The translations under genes and the position numbers were made by a program. Below, piece by piece: positions 11,296 through 20,158 of a DNA stretch of 64,000 nt. How positions within the stretch are numbered: position 1 is the first letter of the stretch; each line of letters starts with the position of its first letter. This stretch comes from Thermoanaerobaculia bacterium (GTDB taxonomy: Bacteria; Acidobacteriota; Thermoanaerobaculia; Multivoradales; Multivoraceae), in contig OY761158.1 of the NCBI GenBank assembly GCA_963664405.1, positions 3,296,001 to 3,360,000 of the forward strand. Reading direction: 5' to 3'. A model generated the notes under the pieces. The model saw only the letters and a list, made by a program, of their open reading frames with translations, searched no databases and was not told the DNA's origin.

Positions 11296-12201
11296 TCAAT
11301 TGCCCTTGCGCTTGAATAGGTCCTTCAAGCGTGGCCGGCGGCCGCTATCCTTCTTCTTGGCATCCCCGCTCTGCTGTCCCTCGATTTGGGAGAGGTCCGG
11401 TACCACCTGGGTCTCGGTATAGTCCGCCGGGAACTCGAAGGTCGACGGGGGAACCGACTCCTCGCGCAAGGTCGTCACTTCGGTGGTCGACACCGAGGTC
11501 GTGACCCGGCCCTTCTTATCGGTCGTTTTGGTGGTCACGACGGTTTTCAGGGGCACTCCGTCTACCTGGCCGAAGGTGGTTTCCATGATCTCGTCGAGAC
11601 CCTCGAACATCCCAGTCAGACGTTTGTCCGGCCGCAGCCATACCGAGAAGGCGCGGGTGTCGAAGCCGTCGGCAAGCCACATATCTTGGATCATTTCGAC
11701 AATCTGCATCCGCTTGATGCCCATGACCGCCATCTTCATCGTGTAGCCGGTACGAAAACGAAGGTGTTTGGTGCTGCGGCCCAGGATCGATCCACCCGGC
11801 TCCTCGAGGAGCTGCTCCGAGGAGAGATTGGTGAACTCGATCTTGAACAGCCCTCCCATGCCCTCCATCGCCTGGCCCAGAGTGTCCATCATCTGGCCGA
11901 GGTTGAACTCTGCCCAGGTCTTGTCTTTGGTGTTGACCAGGTACATGAGCTCGCCCGCGTCTTTAGTCACAATGTAGGAGCCCGGCCCGAAGAGACCGTC
12001 GCCATTTCCTTGTTCCATCTGAATCTTGGTGGCGTCACCTTCCACCCACACGAACACGGTCATCCGATCGTCCCGACGCTTGCCCTGGGCGTCGGTAGTT
12101 GTAACCGCTTCGTAGTAATACCCGGCTCTCGCCGCCGTGCTCACGAACACGAGCGCGGTCACGATCATCGCCAAGGCGGCTCGATATCCCTTCATTTTCA
12201 T
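11296..12201 (-). CDS. Secreted protein, DUF4412-like
   Basis: Signal peptide; GVPLKTV and PPSTFEFPADY C-terminal pattern; stop overlaps the PQQ gene start (TTGA). Confidence 0.6.
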   Translation of the reverse strand: MKMKGYRAALAMIVTALVFVSTAARAGYYYEAVTTTDAQGKRRDDRMTVFVWVEGDATKIQMEQGNGDGLFGPGSYIVTKDAGELMYLVNTKDKTWAEFNLGQMMDTLGQAMEGMGGLFKIEFTNLSSEQLLEEPGGSILGRSTKHLRFRTGYTMKMAVMGIKRMQIVEMIQDMWLADGFDTRAFSVWLRPDKRLTGMFEGLDEIMETTFGQVDGVPLKTVVTTKTTDKKGRVTTSVSTTEVTTLREESVPPSTFEFPADYTETQVVPDLSQIEGQQSGDAKKKDSGRRPRLKDLFKRKGN

Positions 12202-12415
12202 CTCGTTCTCTCCGGAGTCATCTCATCACCGCGAGCTCAGAAAGAGACCGGTGCTCGGGGAATCGTAACGTCATTACACTTTCGGACCAAGTGTCGGAAG
12301 GAGCCTCTCGCCCTTCCCTGGAGCGATGCTCGACCCCCGAGTCAAGCCCTGCAAGGAGGGCATGCTTTCAACTAGACTCGGTCGTCTCTTAGCTCAGAGG
12401 CGCCAGGGAACCCGA

Positions 12416-13084
12416 ATGAGAAACAAGGCAGCGCTTCATATGAAATGGGTGCGAAGGGTCTGTCCCGTCTGGTCGCTCTTTTTTCGAGCCTTCTTTGGAG
12501 CACGAGTGCGGGCTATGAGAAACCTCCCGAGCTCGGGTGCCTTCATCCTGGCGCCCAACCATCAGAGCTTCTTCGACGGACAGCTCTTGGGATGTCCACT
12601 GGATCGTCCCATCTTCTTCATGGTCTCGGCCCCGTATTTCAAAATCCCTGTCATCGGCTCTTTCTTGAATGCTGTCGGTTGTATTCCCATAGGTGGCGGG
12701 GGAGGGCAGGAGGCTTATCGAGCCGGCCTAGAGGTGCTCGAGGAAGGGTATTGCCTCGCGGTCTTTCCCGAGGGGCACAGGAGTAGAGACGGGAGCTTGC
12801 TCAATCTGCAGTTGGGCGCGGCAAGAATGGCCCACCTCACCGGGACACCGATCGTACCGGTGAGTGTCGTAGGCGCGTTCGAGGCTTGGCCCAGGAACCG
12901 CATGCTGCCACGACCCTTCCGACCCATCACCGTCAAGTACCACCGGCCGATTCCTTGTCCGGTGGTCCCCAAGGACCAACTGAGAGTCGAGAGTCGCAGG
13001 ACCACCGAGAAGCTCGGGCGGGTGTTGCGTCGTCGCCTGGCGGCATGGGAGGTTGTTCGGCGCCGCGTCTCCGGCGGAGGATAG
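12416..13084 (+). CDS. Lysophospholipid acyltransferase (PlsC family)
   Basis: NHQSFFD (HxxxxD) and FPEGHRS motifs; start uncertain. Confidence 0.85.
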   Translation: MRNKAALHMKWVRRVCPVWSLFFRAFFGARVRAMRNLPSSGAFILAPNHQSFFDGQLLGCPLDRPIFFMVSAPYFKIPVIGSFLNAVGCIPIGGGGGQEAYRAGLEVLEEGYCLAVFPEGHRSRDGSLLNLQLGAARMAHLTGTPIVPVSVVGAFEAWPRNRMLPRPFRPITVKYHRPIPCPVVPKDQLRVESRRTTEKLGRVLRRRLAAWEVVRRRVSGGG

Positions 13085-13088
13085 TCCT

Positions 13089-14015
13089 ATGCCAATCTGC
13101 CCCTACATTTACTGCCGGTCGCCGCTCGACGAGGATGGTTCCGACTGCGCCGTGTGCGGCCACCCGCAGAGCGAAGCTGAGCTCATGAGCCCGTCTTTTC
13201 TGGCGCAGGCCGATGTCGAGGGTCTGCCGGATTCGATTCTGGACATGCACCAGATCCTGCCGTCTCATAAGGGCATGCTCGAGGTGCAGCTACTGGCGAT
13301 GCAGAAGTTCCGCATCGAGCGGGCCCTTCTCCAATCTGCGCCAGATCAGGCGCACTCACTCTTCGGTAATGCGAGGCTCCTCGAGCTGGTGGAACAGCGG
13401 CCGGAGACCTTTTGGATCTCTCAATTCATCGACCCGCGGATGCCGAACGCGCTGTCGATCCTCGAGGACGTGGCGGCGAAGGGCGCCAAAGTGGTGAAAC
13501 TGCTGCCACCCGCCGGCTTCAGGCTCGACGACCCGGCTCATGATCCTTTCCTCTCCCGCATGGAGGAGATGGGACTCGTGGCCATGGTCCATACCGGTTT
13601 CATCACCGCTCGGCACAAGGACGAGGAAGCCAAGGCGGGCGCCTTTATGAGCTCAGTTTACGCCAACCCTCTGACCCTCGACATGCCGGCACGCAAGTTC
13701 CCACGCCTGACGATCATTCTCTGCCACCTCGGCGGCGCGATCTGGCACGAGGAGGGAGCGCAGATGGTGACGCAGCACGACAACGTGTGGGGGGATGTGA
13801 GCGGTTTCGGGCTATTCGCTCTTCAGCGATTGCTACAGACTCGAGCCGCCGTAGACTGGAGCAAGGTGTTCTGGGGTAATGATTCTGTTCCCTTCGCCTA
13901 CCCTCTCAATCTGCGGCTGCTTCTTGCCAGCCTGCGGCAGGCTGGGGCAGAGGCTCTGTTACCCCCGCTGCTCTTCGAGAACGGTCGCGATTTCGCAGCT
14001 GCATTTCTCCCATGA
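13089..14015 (+). CDS. Amidohydrolase_2-family protein with N-terminal Cys4 zinc ribbon
   Basis: MVHTG, LCHLGG and VFWGNDSVP motifs; N-terminal CPYIYC...CAVC. Confidence 0.7.
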   Translation: MPICPYIYCRSPLDEDGSDCAVCGHPQSEAELMSPSFLAQADVEGLPDSILDMHQILPSHKGMLEVQLLAMQKFRIERALLQSAPDQAHSLFGNARLLELVEQRPETFWISQFIDPRMPNALSILEDVAAKGAKVVKLLPPAGFRLDDPAHDPFLSRMEEMGLVAMVHTGFITARHKDEEAKAGAFMSSVYANPLTLDMPARKFPRLTIILCHLGGAIWHEEGAQMVTQHDNVWGDVSGFGLFALQRLLQTRAAVDWSKVFWGNDSVPFAYPLNLRLLLASLRQAGAEALLPPLLFENGRDFAAAFLP

Positions 14016-14617
14016 GCTCGCCCGTCAACCGGCTCCCATTTCTCGTCATCAGGAGGCTATTGAAGCTTCTTTTGGCGCTTCCGGCGCGCGCGAAGTGGGG
14101 TCTCGATGTCGATCATGGAGAGCGACTGCCGCGGACTCGGGAACCGCTGATCCTGGCCTGCAATCATGCAGCTCTCTTGGACACGGTCTTTCTGATCTTG
14201 GCGCTGCGACCTCGGTTTACGGTCTGCGGTGCCAAGCCGAGCTACTTCCGGACCACTGCCAGGCGCTTCCTCATGGCGGTCGCTAATATTCTGCGGGTCG
14301 ACGACAAGGAAGTTTTTCTGGCCGATTGCCGTCGCTTGCTCCTCGCCGGAGAGATTGTCCTGATCTACCCGGAGATGGGGCGCAACCCGGAGGGGCTTGG
14401 CGCGTTCCAGACTTGGGCCGCGGAGGTGTCTCTCGACAACGGCGTTCCTCTTTTGCCTTGCTATCTCCACGGCACCACTCGCGGTCATAGCGGCGGCGTC
14501 CGCTTGAGAGTCGGTGACCGGATCCGGCCGCGAGGCACGGCAGGCGAGCTCACGGCTCGACTGCGCGAGGCGATCAGCGCTCTCGCCCAGCCGGCAGGGG
14601 CCGCCGAAACGCCATGA
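14012..14617 (+). CDS. Lysophospholipid acyltransferase family protein
   Basis: NHAALLD and IYPEMGR motifs; ATGA-coupled to the upstream gene. Confidence 0.8.
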   Translation: MSSPVNRLPFLVIRRLLKLLLALPARAKWGLDVDHGERLPRTREPLILACNHAALLDTVFLILALRPRFTVCGAKPSYFRTTARRFLMAVANILRVDDKEVFLADCRRLLLAGEIVLIYPEMGRNPEGLGAFQTWAAEVSLDNGVPLLPCYLHGTTRGHSGGVRLRVGDRIRPRGTAGELTARLREAISALAQPAGAAETP

Positions 14618-15597
14618 TCCTGGTGACCGGCGCCAATGGCTTTCTCGGACCCCACGTGGTCGAGAGTTTGACCGAAGCGTCTCCGGGGAACGGTGTACGC
14701 GCTGTGCTGCGGAACGCTGACGAGCGATTCAGCTCGCGTTTCCCAGATGTCGAGGTCAAGGAGGGAGATCTTCGCGACGAATCGCTCGTGGCCGATGCCG
14801 TGGCGGGAGTGACGGCCGTCGTTCACTTGGCGTCCAAGAACATCGATCGCGACGGTTCGGGTTTCGACGTCAACGTGGAGAGCACCGAGAAATTGTGCCG
14901 CGCGGCGCAGGCCGCGGGAGTGCGACGCCTCATCTACACCAGTTCGGTCGGTGTCTACGGCCACGGGGCCCATCGCGGTGCCGACGAGACGACTCCAGTG
15001 CGACCCGACACGGCTCTCAGCATCTCGAAGGCGGCAGCAGAGGCCATCGTGCTCGAACATCACCGTACGGGCGCCTTCCGTGCCACGGTCCTGCGCCCCC
15101 GATTCGTCTATGGCGCAGGAGACACCTCCCTACTGCCGCGACTGATCGGAGCCGCCCGCAAGTACCCGTTTTTGATCTCCGGCGGCAGGGCTCGCATCTC
15201 GTTGGTGCTCGCCGACGATCTTGCGCAGGTCATCCTGCGCTTCGCCACCGACGAGACCGAAGTCTCGGGCGCCGGAGACCCGGTACTCCACGTCACCTCG
15301 GGCGAGACGCTTTCCTATCGCGAGCTCGTCTCCACTCTCTGCGCGGCGTTCGGCTATCGGTCGCCACGCTTCAGCCTGCCGATCTGGCTGGTATTGGCGC
15401 CGCTTCTTCTACGCGAGAGACTTCTTGGTCAGGACCCCGAGACTGTACGGGGTATCTCCTCCCTGCGCGTTAGAATGATTGCGCAGGACAACGAGTTCTC
15501 CAATCACAAGCTTCTCCAGCGCTTTCCGGATCTGAGCTTCACCTCGTTTGCGGAAGGCTTCGAGAGCTCTCTCGACTATTACCAGCGCTTCGCGTGA
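14614..15597 (+). CDS. NAD-dependent epimerase/dehydratase (extended SDR)
   Basis: TGANGFLG, VHLAS, YTSSVGVYG and LRPRFVYG; the catalytic YxxxK appears as LSISK. Confidence 0.85.
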   Translation: MILVTGANGFLGPHVVESLTEASPGNGVRAVLRNADERFSSRFPDVEVKEGDLRDESLVADAVAGVTAVVHLASKNIDRDGSGFDVNVESTEKLCRAAQAAGVRRLIYTSSVGVYGHGAHRGADETTPVRPDTALSISKAAAEAIVLEHHRTGAFRATVLRPRFVYGAGDTSLLPRLIGAARKYPFLISGGRARISLVLADDLAQVILRFATDETEVSGAGDPVLHVTSGETLSYRELVSTLCAAFGYRSPRFSLPIWLVLAPLLLRERLLGQDPETVRGISSLRVRMIAQDNEFSNHKLLQRFPDLSFTSFAEGFESSLDYYQRFA

Positions 15598-15601
15598 GCG
15601 G

Positions 15602-16252
15602 ATGAAGGTTTCGATCAAGAGCCTTCTCAAGGGGGCTCGGGAAGCACGTGGTCACGTTGCGCTCATCGACGTGTTCACGTCGACCACCCTGATCGCGACC
15701 TTGCTGGACCGGGGTGCGACAGAGGTCGTCCCGGTGCGCTCCGTGCGTGAGGCCATGGCGATCCGGGCCGGCCGTCCCGACACGATTCTGATGGGAGAGA
15801 GATGGGGCAAGAAGATCCCGAGCTTCGATCACAACACTTCCTGCGTACGCGCCAGTACGCTCGACGTCGCCGATCGGCAGGTGGTGGTGTCGACCACGAA
15901 TGGAACCCTGGGAATCCTCAGTGTGGAGAAGGCCGACCGCCTCTTTCTTGGCTGTTTCCGCAACGCAGCGGCGCTGGCCCAGCGATTGGCGGAAGCTGAT
16001 GAAGTGACCCTGGTGCCGATAGGGCTTGCCCACGGGAGGATCAGGGCTATCGAAGACGAGCTCTGTGCCGAGGCGGTGAGACGCTACCTTCTGGGTGAGG
16101 ATGTCGGGTTCGCGGCTCTTGAGCAACGCATTCGTCGAGACCTCTCGAGCCGAGTGAGAAACGTGAGCCGCCGTTCCGATGTCGATTACTGCCTCGAGCT
16201 CAACGCTGTCGATATCGTGCCTGAGCTCCGCGGCAAGATCATCAGAGCCTAG
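15602..16252 (+). CDS. comB: 2-phosphosulfolactate phosphatase (ComB)-family phosphatase
   Basis: LIDVFTSTT, MGER, STTNGT and EDELCA motifs. Confidence 0.8.
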   Translation: MKVSIKSLLKGAREARGHVALIDVFTSTTLIATLLDRGATEVVPVRSVREAMAIRAGRPDTILMGERWGKKIPSFDHNTSCVRASTLDVADRQVVVSTTNGTLGILSVEKADRLFLGCFRNAAALAQRLAEADEVTLVPIGLAHGRIRAIEDELCAEAVRRYLLGEDVGFAALEQRIRRDLSSRVRNVSRRSDVDYCLELNAVDIVPELRGKIIRA

Positions 16253-17807
16253 GAGTCTGCGCGGCAGGAGTGCGGGTACGGTGAAGCTTCGATCGCGCTG
16301 CAGAATGGACGCCGCATTGGGTTTCGGATGGCGGAGAGTGCGTTGAGCAAGCCTGACGAGGCGTCAGGAAGCGCGATGCGGGTCGTATAGTGAGCTCTAA
16401 CTCGGTGGCATGGCCCGGAGCGGCTCATGAAGCCGCTTGGAGGACGTGGAAGCGCTTCAAGTTGACGGCCAGACACACCAGATCCCACTCGTGGCCGACG
16501 TTGTCTTGGCCCCGGAGGCTGAATCGTCGGAAGCCCAAGACCTCTTTGATCCAACCGATCACCGGTTCCACGACCGCCTTGCGCCGTCGGTAGCGTTGCT
16601 TGCCGGCGTCGCTGGCGAGTTTGTTCTGCATGCGGCGAGACGCTGCGAGCCTCTTGGTCACCTCACGCTTCTTTCCCTCTCGACCCAAGGAGATGTGAGC
16701 TTCAATGCCTCGTTTCTCGAGCTCGAGAAACGTCGCCTCGCTGCGATACCCCGCATCCGCCAAGACCTGCTCGGGATCCTCCCCCATCGCCGCCTTCGCC
16801 CGCGACAGCAACGGCATCATCTCGCCCACGTCCGCGGCGTTGTTCGTCAGGCTCGTCGAGACGATCATCTGCGACTCTTCCTCCACCGCCAACTGGCCGT
16901 TGTAGCACTGATCGTAGCCATGGACCGTTTTCATGATCCGACTCTGCGGATCGGTGAAGTTGTCCTGGGCCCGGTCCTCCGGTACACCAAAATCGCGCGC
17001 GAAGGGCCGCCCGCGACGAGGCGGGTCGTCGTCGTCAACCTCCTTACGGCCGCGCTCTCGGTCCTTTTCGGCCTGGCGCGCCTCGAGCCTCTCCTTCGCC
17101 TGCTGGATCTTCGCCAAGCGCTGCTCGCGCCGCTGCAGCTCGGCCGGCAGCTCATCGCCGCGCACCTGCGCACCATGCTCCACATCCTCTGCCGTATCCA
17201 CCGCCTCGGCCTGCGACAGGAGCTCGGCGATCTCCTCTTGCAGACGCTTCTCCTCCTCCAGCATCCGAGCGTAGCTCATCGACTTGCGCTTGCTCGCGTT
17301 GGCCTTGACCTTCGTACCGTCCACCACCAACGTCCCCATACGCAGCACCCCGGCCTCACGAGCGATCTGCACCACCTGCACGAACAGCGCCCGGAATGCC
17401 GCTAAATGAAGCTGACGAAACTCACATATCGTGCGATGCGCCGGGGAGTTGCCCGCCGCCAGATAACGATACGCCACGTCCTCCTCGAGCTTGCGCGCGA
17501 TGCCGCGCGACGAATACGTCCCCGTCCCATACGCATACAACATCACCTTCACCATCATCCGAGGATCGAACGGCTGATTCCGACGACCATCCCCCTCGTA
17601 ACGAGCGTAAAACGACGACAGATCCAGCGCCTCCACCGTCTCGGAGATGAAGTACACCAAGTGGCCCTCCGGCAACCAGTCACGAGGGCTCGGGGCTAGC
17701 AGATACAGCTGATCCGGAGCATACGGACGAAACGACGTTGGCATGCCACAACTCTACTCCGTCTTCGATCTCTTCACTAAACACTCCGTTTCTGCCGCGC
17801 AGACTCC
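16252..17807 (-). mobile_element. IS1182-family insertion sequence
   Basis: TIR ggagtctgcgcggcag / ctgccgcgcagactcc; CTAG (TA) flanks at 16249-16252 and 17807-17810; sits on the comB stop codon. Confidence 0.9.
16425..17744 (-). CDS. IS1182-family DDE transposase
   Basis: LPEGHLVYFI, VDGTKVKANAS, NFTDPQSRIMK, LADAGY and VEPVIGWIK motifs. Confidence 0.92.
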   Translation of the reverse strand: MPTSFRPYAPDQLYLLAPSPRDWLPEGHLVYFISETVEALDLSSFYARYEGDGRRNQPFDPRMMVKVMLYAYGTGTYSSRGIARKLEEDVAYRYLAAGNSPAHRTICEFRQLHLAAFRALFVQVVQIAREAGVLRMGTLVVDGTKVKANASKRKSMSYARMLEEEKRLQEEIAELLSQAEAVDTAEDVEHGAQVRGDELPAELQRREQRLAKIQQAKERLEARQAEKDRERGRKEVDDDDPPRRGRPFARDFGVPEDRAQDNFTDPQSRIMKTVHGYDQCYNGQLAVEEESQMIVSTSLTNNAADVGEMMPLLSRAKAAMGEDPEQVLADAGYRSEATFLELEKRGIEAHISLGREGKKREVTKRLAASRRMQNKLASDAGKQRYRRRKAVVEPVIGWIKEVLGFRRFSLRGQDNVGHEWDLVCLAVNLKRFHVLQAAS

Positions 17808-17829
17808 TAGCCAGAAGAAATGATGAGTA

Positions 17830-18753
17830 TCATTTCCTCTGGCTAGTTGCCTTTGGCGCCGAGGACGGCGCACTCAGTTCTTGCTTCTTATTCGCTTCGG
17901 GCAGCGTCTGCGCCTCGGGCGCCGCTTGTGGGGGTGTCTTTTCTTCGCTGCTCCAGCCCAGGCCGGCTCCGTCGGGAAGGAAAAAGTCGCGCACGTCATG
18001 CTCAGAGATGTGGTCGCTCACCAGGTTGAGGAGCCCCTCGAAAGTGAGATGCACTCCGCGTTTGGCAACCATCCTCTGACCCAATCCGATGAAGCCGCCC
18101 GGCTCGGTGTGGGTGAAGTACTCGACCGCGGTGCAATCTTCGCTCAGGGGAATCATCAGCCAGGAGCCCCGGCTCGACTTGAGCGCCGGCATCTTCTTCG
18201 CCACGTCCGCGATCGGAGGGTTCTCCGTGTCGGCACTGTCGATCTCGTCAGTCCAGGTCAGCTCCCACAGGTTGCCGTCGGATTGTCGATATAGATCCGC
18301 GCTCATCCGGATCCGGCTCAACCACCAGCGACCGATGCCCCATCGTTGGAAGGTCTGGAAGAGAAGGCGCTCACTACCACGGGGGTCCCCACCAATGACT
18401 TCGGAGTGCTTGACCGGTATGTAGTCGCCCTCCAGATCGTGATGATCCTCGTCATTGACCGCTTTCCAGAGCTTCTCTATAGGTAGCTCGACGATGAGGA
18501 CACCAAACCCCTTCAGTCCGGAGCGGCTGACAAAAACCTCGCCGACGCGATCGACGGCTGACTGATAAAGCTCGGTGGGTACAGCGTTTTCGAAGCTCTT
18601 CGTACGTGAAGCCCGCTCCAGCTGGAGGTCGTCGAGTGTTTCGAGAAGCTGATCCGGAGAGGGGCAGGCTGCCATTGTCGGGCTCACCATTGAGCTGAGC
18701 GCTACGAGAACGGCGCCGAGGGTACCGATGCCTCTTATTGACATCACCTCCAC
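17830..18753 (-). CDS. Secreted START/SRPBCC-like lipid-binding protein
   Basis: Signal peptide; GSWLMIPL...TAVEYFTHTEPGG resembles the START-fold C-terminus. Confidence 0.55.
   Translation of the reverse strand: MEVMSIRGIGTLGAVLVALSSMVSPTMAACPSPDQLLETLDDLQLERASRTKSFENAVPTELYQSAVDRVGEVFVSRSGLKGFGVLIVELPIEKLWKAVNDEDHHDLEGDYIPVKHSEVIGGDPRGSERLLFQTFQRWGIGRWWLSRIRMSADLYRQSDGNLWELTWTDEIDSADTENPPIADVAKKMPALKSSRGSWLMIPLSEDCTAVEYFTHTEPGGFIGLGQRMVAKRGVHLTFEGLLNLVSDHISEHDVRDFFLPDGAGLGWSSEEKTPPQAAPEAQTLPEANKKQELSAPSSAPKATSQRK
17854..17871 (-). repeat. REP-like hairpin GCGCCGTCCTCGGCGCCA
   Basis: Identical 18-mer also at 44963-44980 and 56219-56236. Confidence 0.6.
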
Positions 18754-18760
18754 GCCACCT

Positions 18761-20158
18761 TCATTCAGAGGCGACCGCCGGAACCGATCTCTCGGTGGTC
18801 AAGAACGAAAGCGCATCTGACGAAGACACCGGCCGCCCAGGATCGAGGGCCGCATCGTTGACAAGGAAGAATCCGGACGAGGAGAGGGAGTCCAGGCCCC
18901 CATGGGTACCCTCGAGGAGGCCGCCCTTGATCCTGGCGACGAGGTAAGCGGCTTTTCGTCCCCAGGCGTAGCCCGGTTCGATCGAGAACAGAACACTGGC
19001 GGCGTGCTTGACATAGGTTCCGGTGAGACTGTCGATGATGCGCTTGGGTGCGTTGGGATACGGGGCCTCGATGCTGTGGACGAGCCAGTCCTCGCTCTTG
19101 GCGAATCCGTCGTCGTCCAGCGCTCCAGTGGCCCGTAACCGTGACACTGCGGTTGATAGCGCCAGCGGGTCGCCGCCGGTCGGCTCGTAACTGTATCGGG
19201 GGCCGTCAGGAGTTTCTCGCCACCCAAGCCGTGCCGAGGCCTCTCCGGCCAACACGGTCACCTCCTGGCTGCCCGACACAAAGGCCGCCAGCTCCACATT
19301 CGGATGAGCGGCGATGCTCTCTGCGGCATCACGAGCTCGACGATCTTGCACATAGATTGCGCCGAAGTTGACGAGCCCGAAGGTCGGGGCGACCGCATCA
19401 TTCGGGCCCTCGAGACGGGAACGTAGGTTGAAGCCCGACCGGCGGAGCTGGCGCTTCAAGCCCTTGGCCCGCCGCACCTTCTCGTCGGTGTTGCCATGGT
19501 CGGACAACAGAACCAGGCGCAGGCATCGGCTCGTCTGCTGTCGGTACTGCTCCTGCAGGGCCTCGAGTCGCGGGTCGAGCTCGAGTAGAAAGCGGAGAGT
19601 GCTCTGGTAACCGTGGAGGTGAGTCAGACTGTCAGTGCGCGCGAGATAGACGACAAGGAAGTCCTGGTCGCTTGCCAGAACCGTTTCCTCCATCTGGGCT
19701 AGCTCGGCAAAGGCTAAACGGCGCGGGGTCAAATATCCCATGGCGTGCTTCCAGGAGCCTTGCCGCTCTTTCTCCACGACATCCCTCCAGGCGTAGGCGC
19801 GCTTCTTGGCCCCGAAGGGCAACTTGCCCACCATCCTGTTGCGATCGCGGTCGAAGTGCGGGATCTCGTAGCCGGCGACGGGACCGACATCCAGGGGCTG
19901 GAGAATGGCGGAGAAGCTCACATTGGTCATCGATGGAAAAGTGGCGACAAGTGGCCTCTGCGTCTGCCAGCCGTCGAAAGCGCCTTGCTCACGGGCCAGT
20001 CCAATAACGGAGTAGGGCACCCCATCCAGAGCCAGAACGACTGTCGTCTGATCCTCACTCGAGGAGTCGCAAGCCACCGCGGCATGGCCGGGCTGCGTCA
20101 CGCTCCAGATCACCACGATTCCGCAGGCTACGGAGCTCGGTGAGAGGCCGAGCCTCAC
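18761..20158 (-). CDS. Alkaline phosphatase/nucleotide pyrophosphatase superfamily protein
   Basis: LALDGVP, FPSMTN, DSLTH, LLSDHGN and GTHGGLD metal and nucleophile motifs; GTG overlaps the PKS stop. Confidence 0.8.
   Translation of the reverse strand: MRLGLSPSSVACGIVVIWSVTQPGHAAVACDSSSEDQTTVVLALDGVPYSVIGLAREQGAFDGWQTQRPLVATFPSMTNVSFSAILQPLDVGPVAGYEIPHFDRDRNRMVGKLPFGAKKRAYAWRDVVEKERQGSWKHAMGYLTPRRLAFAELAQMEETVLASDQDFLVVYLARTDSLTHLHGYQSTLRFLLELDPRLEALQEQYRQQTSRCLRLVLLSDHGNTDEKVRRAKGLKRQLRRSGFNLRSRLEGPNDAVAPTFGLVNFGAIYVQDRRARDAAESIAAHPNVELAAFVSGSQEVTVLAGEASARLGWRETPDGPRYSYEPTGGDPLALSTAVSRLRATGALDDDGFAKSEDWLVHSIEAPYPNAPKRIIDSLTGTYVKHAASVLFSIEPGYAWGRKAAYLVARIKGGLLEGTHGGLDSLSSSGFFLVNDAALDPGRPVSSSDALSFLTTERSVPAVASE

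Larger units (their letters stand above)
7255..11299 (-). pseudogene. PQQ-dependent (glucose/quinate-type) dehydrogenase, signal-peptide region interrupted by ISAzo13
   Basis: PQQ propeller motifs (WHFQMVHHGLWDYD, QATKQG). Removing the IS and one TAA joins TTG 11299 (MTTRSFRAPAALATLL) in frame to SATSVGAQYGSPIDQWPSHGGD... Confidence 0.85.
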
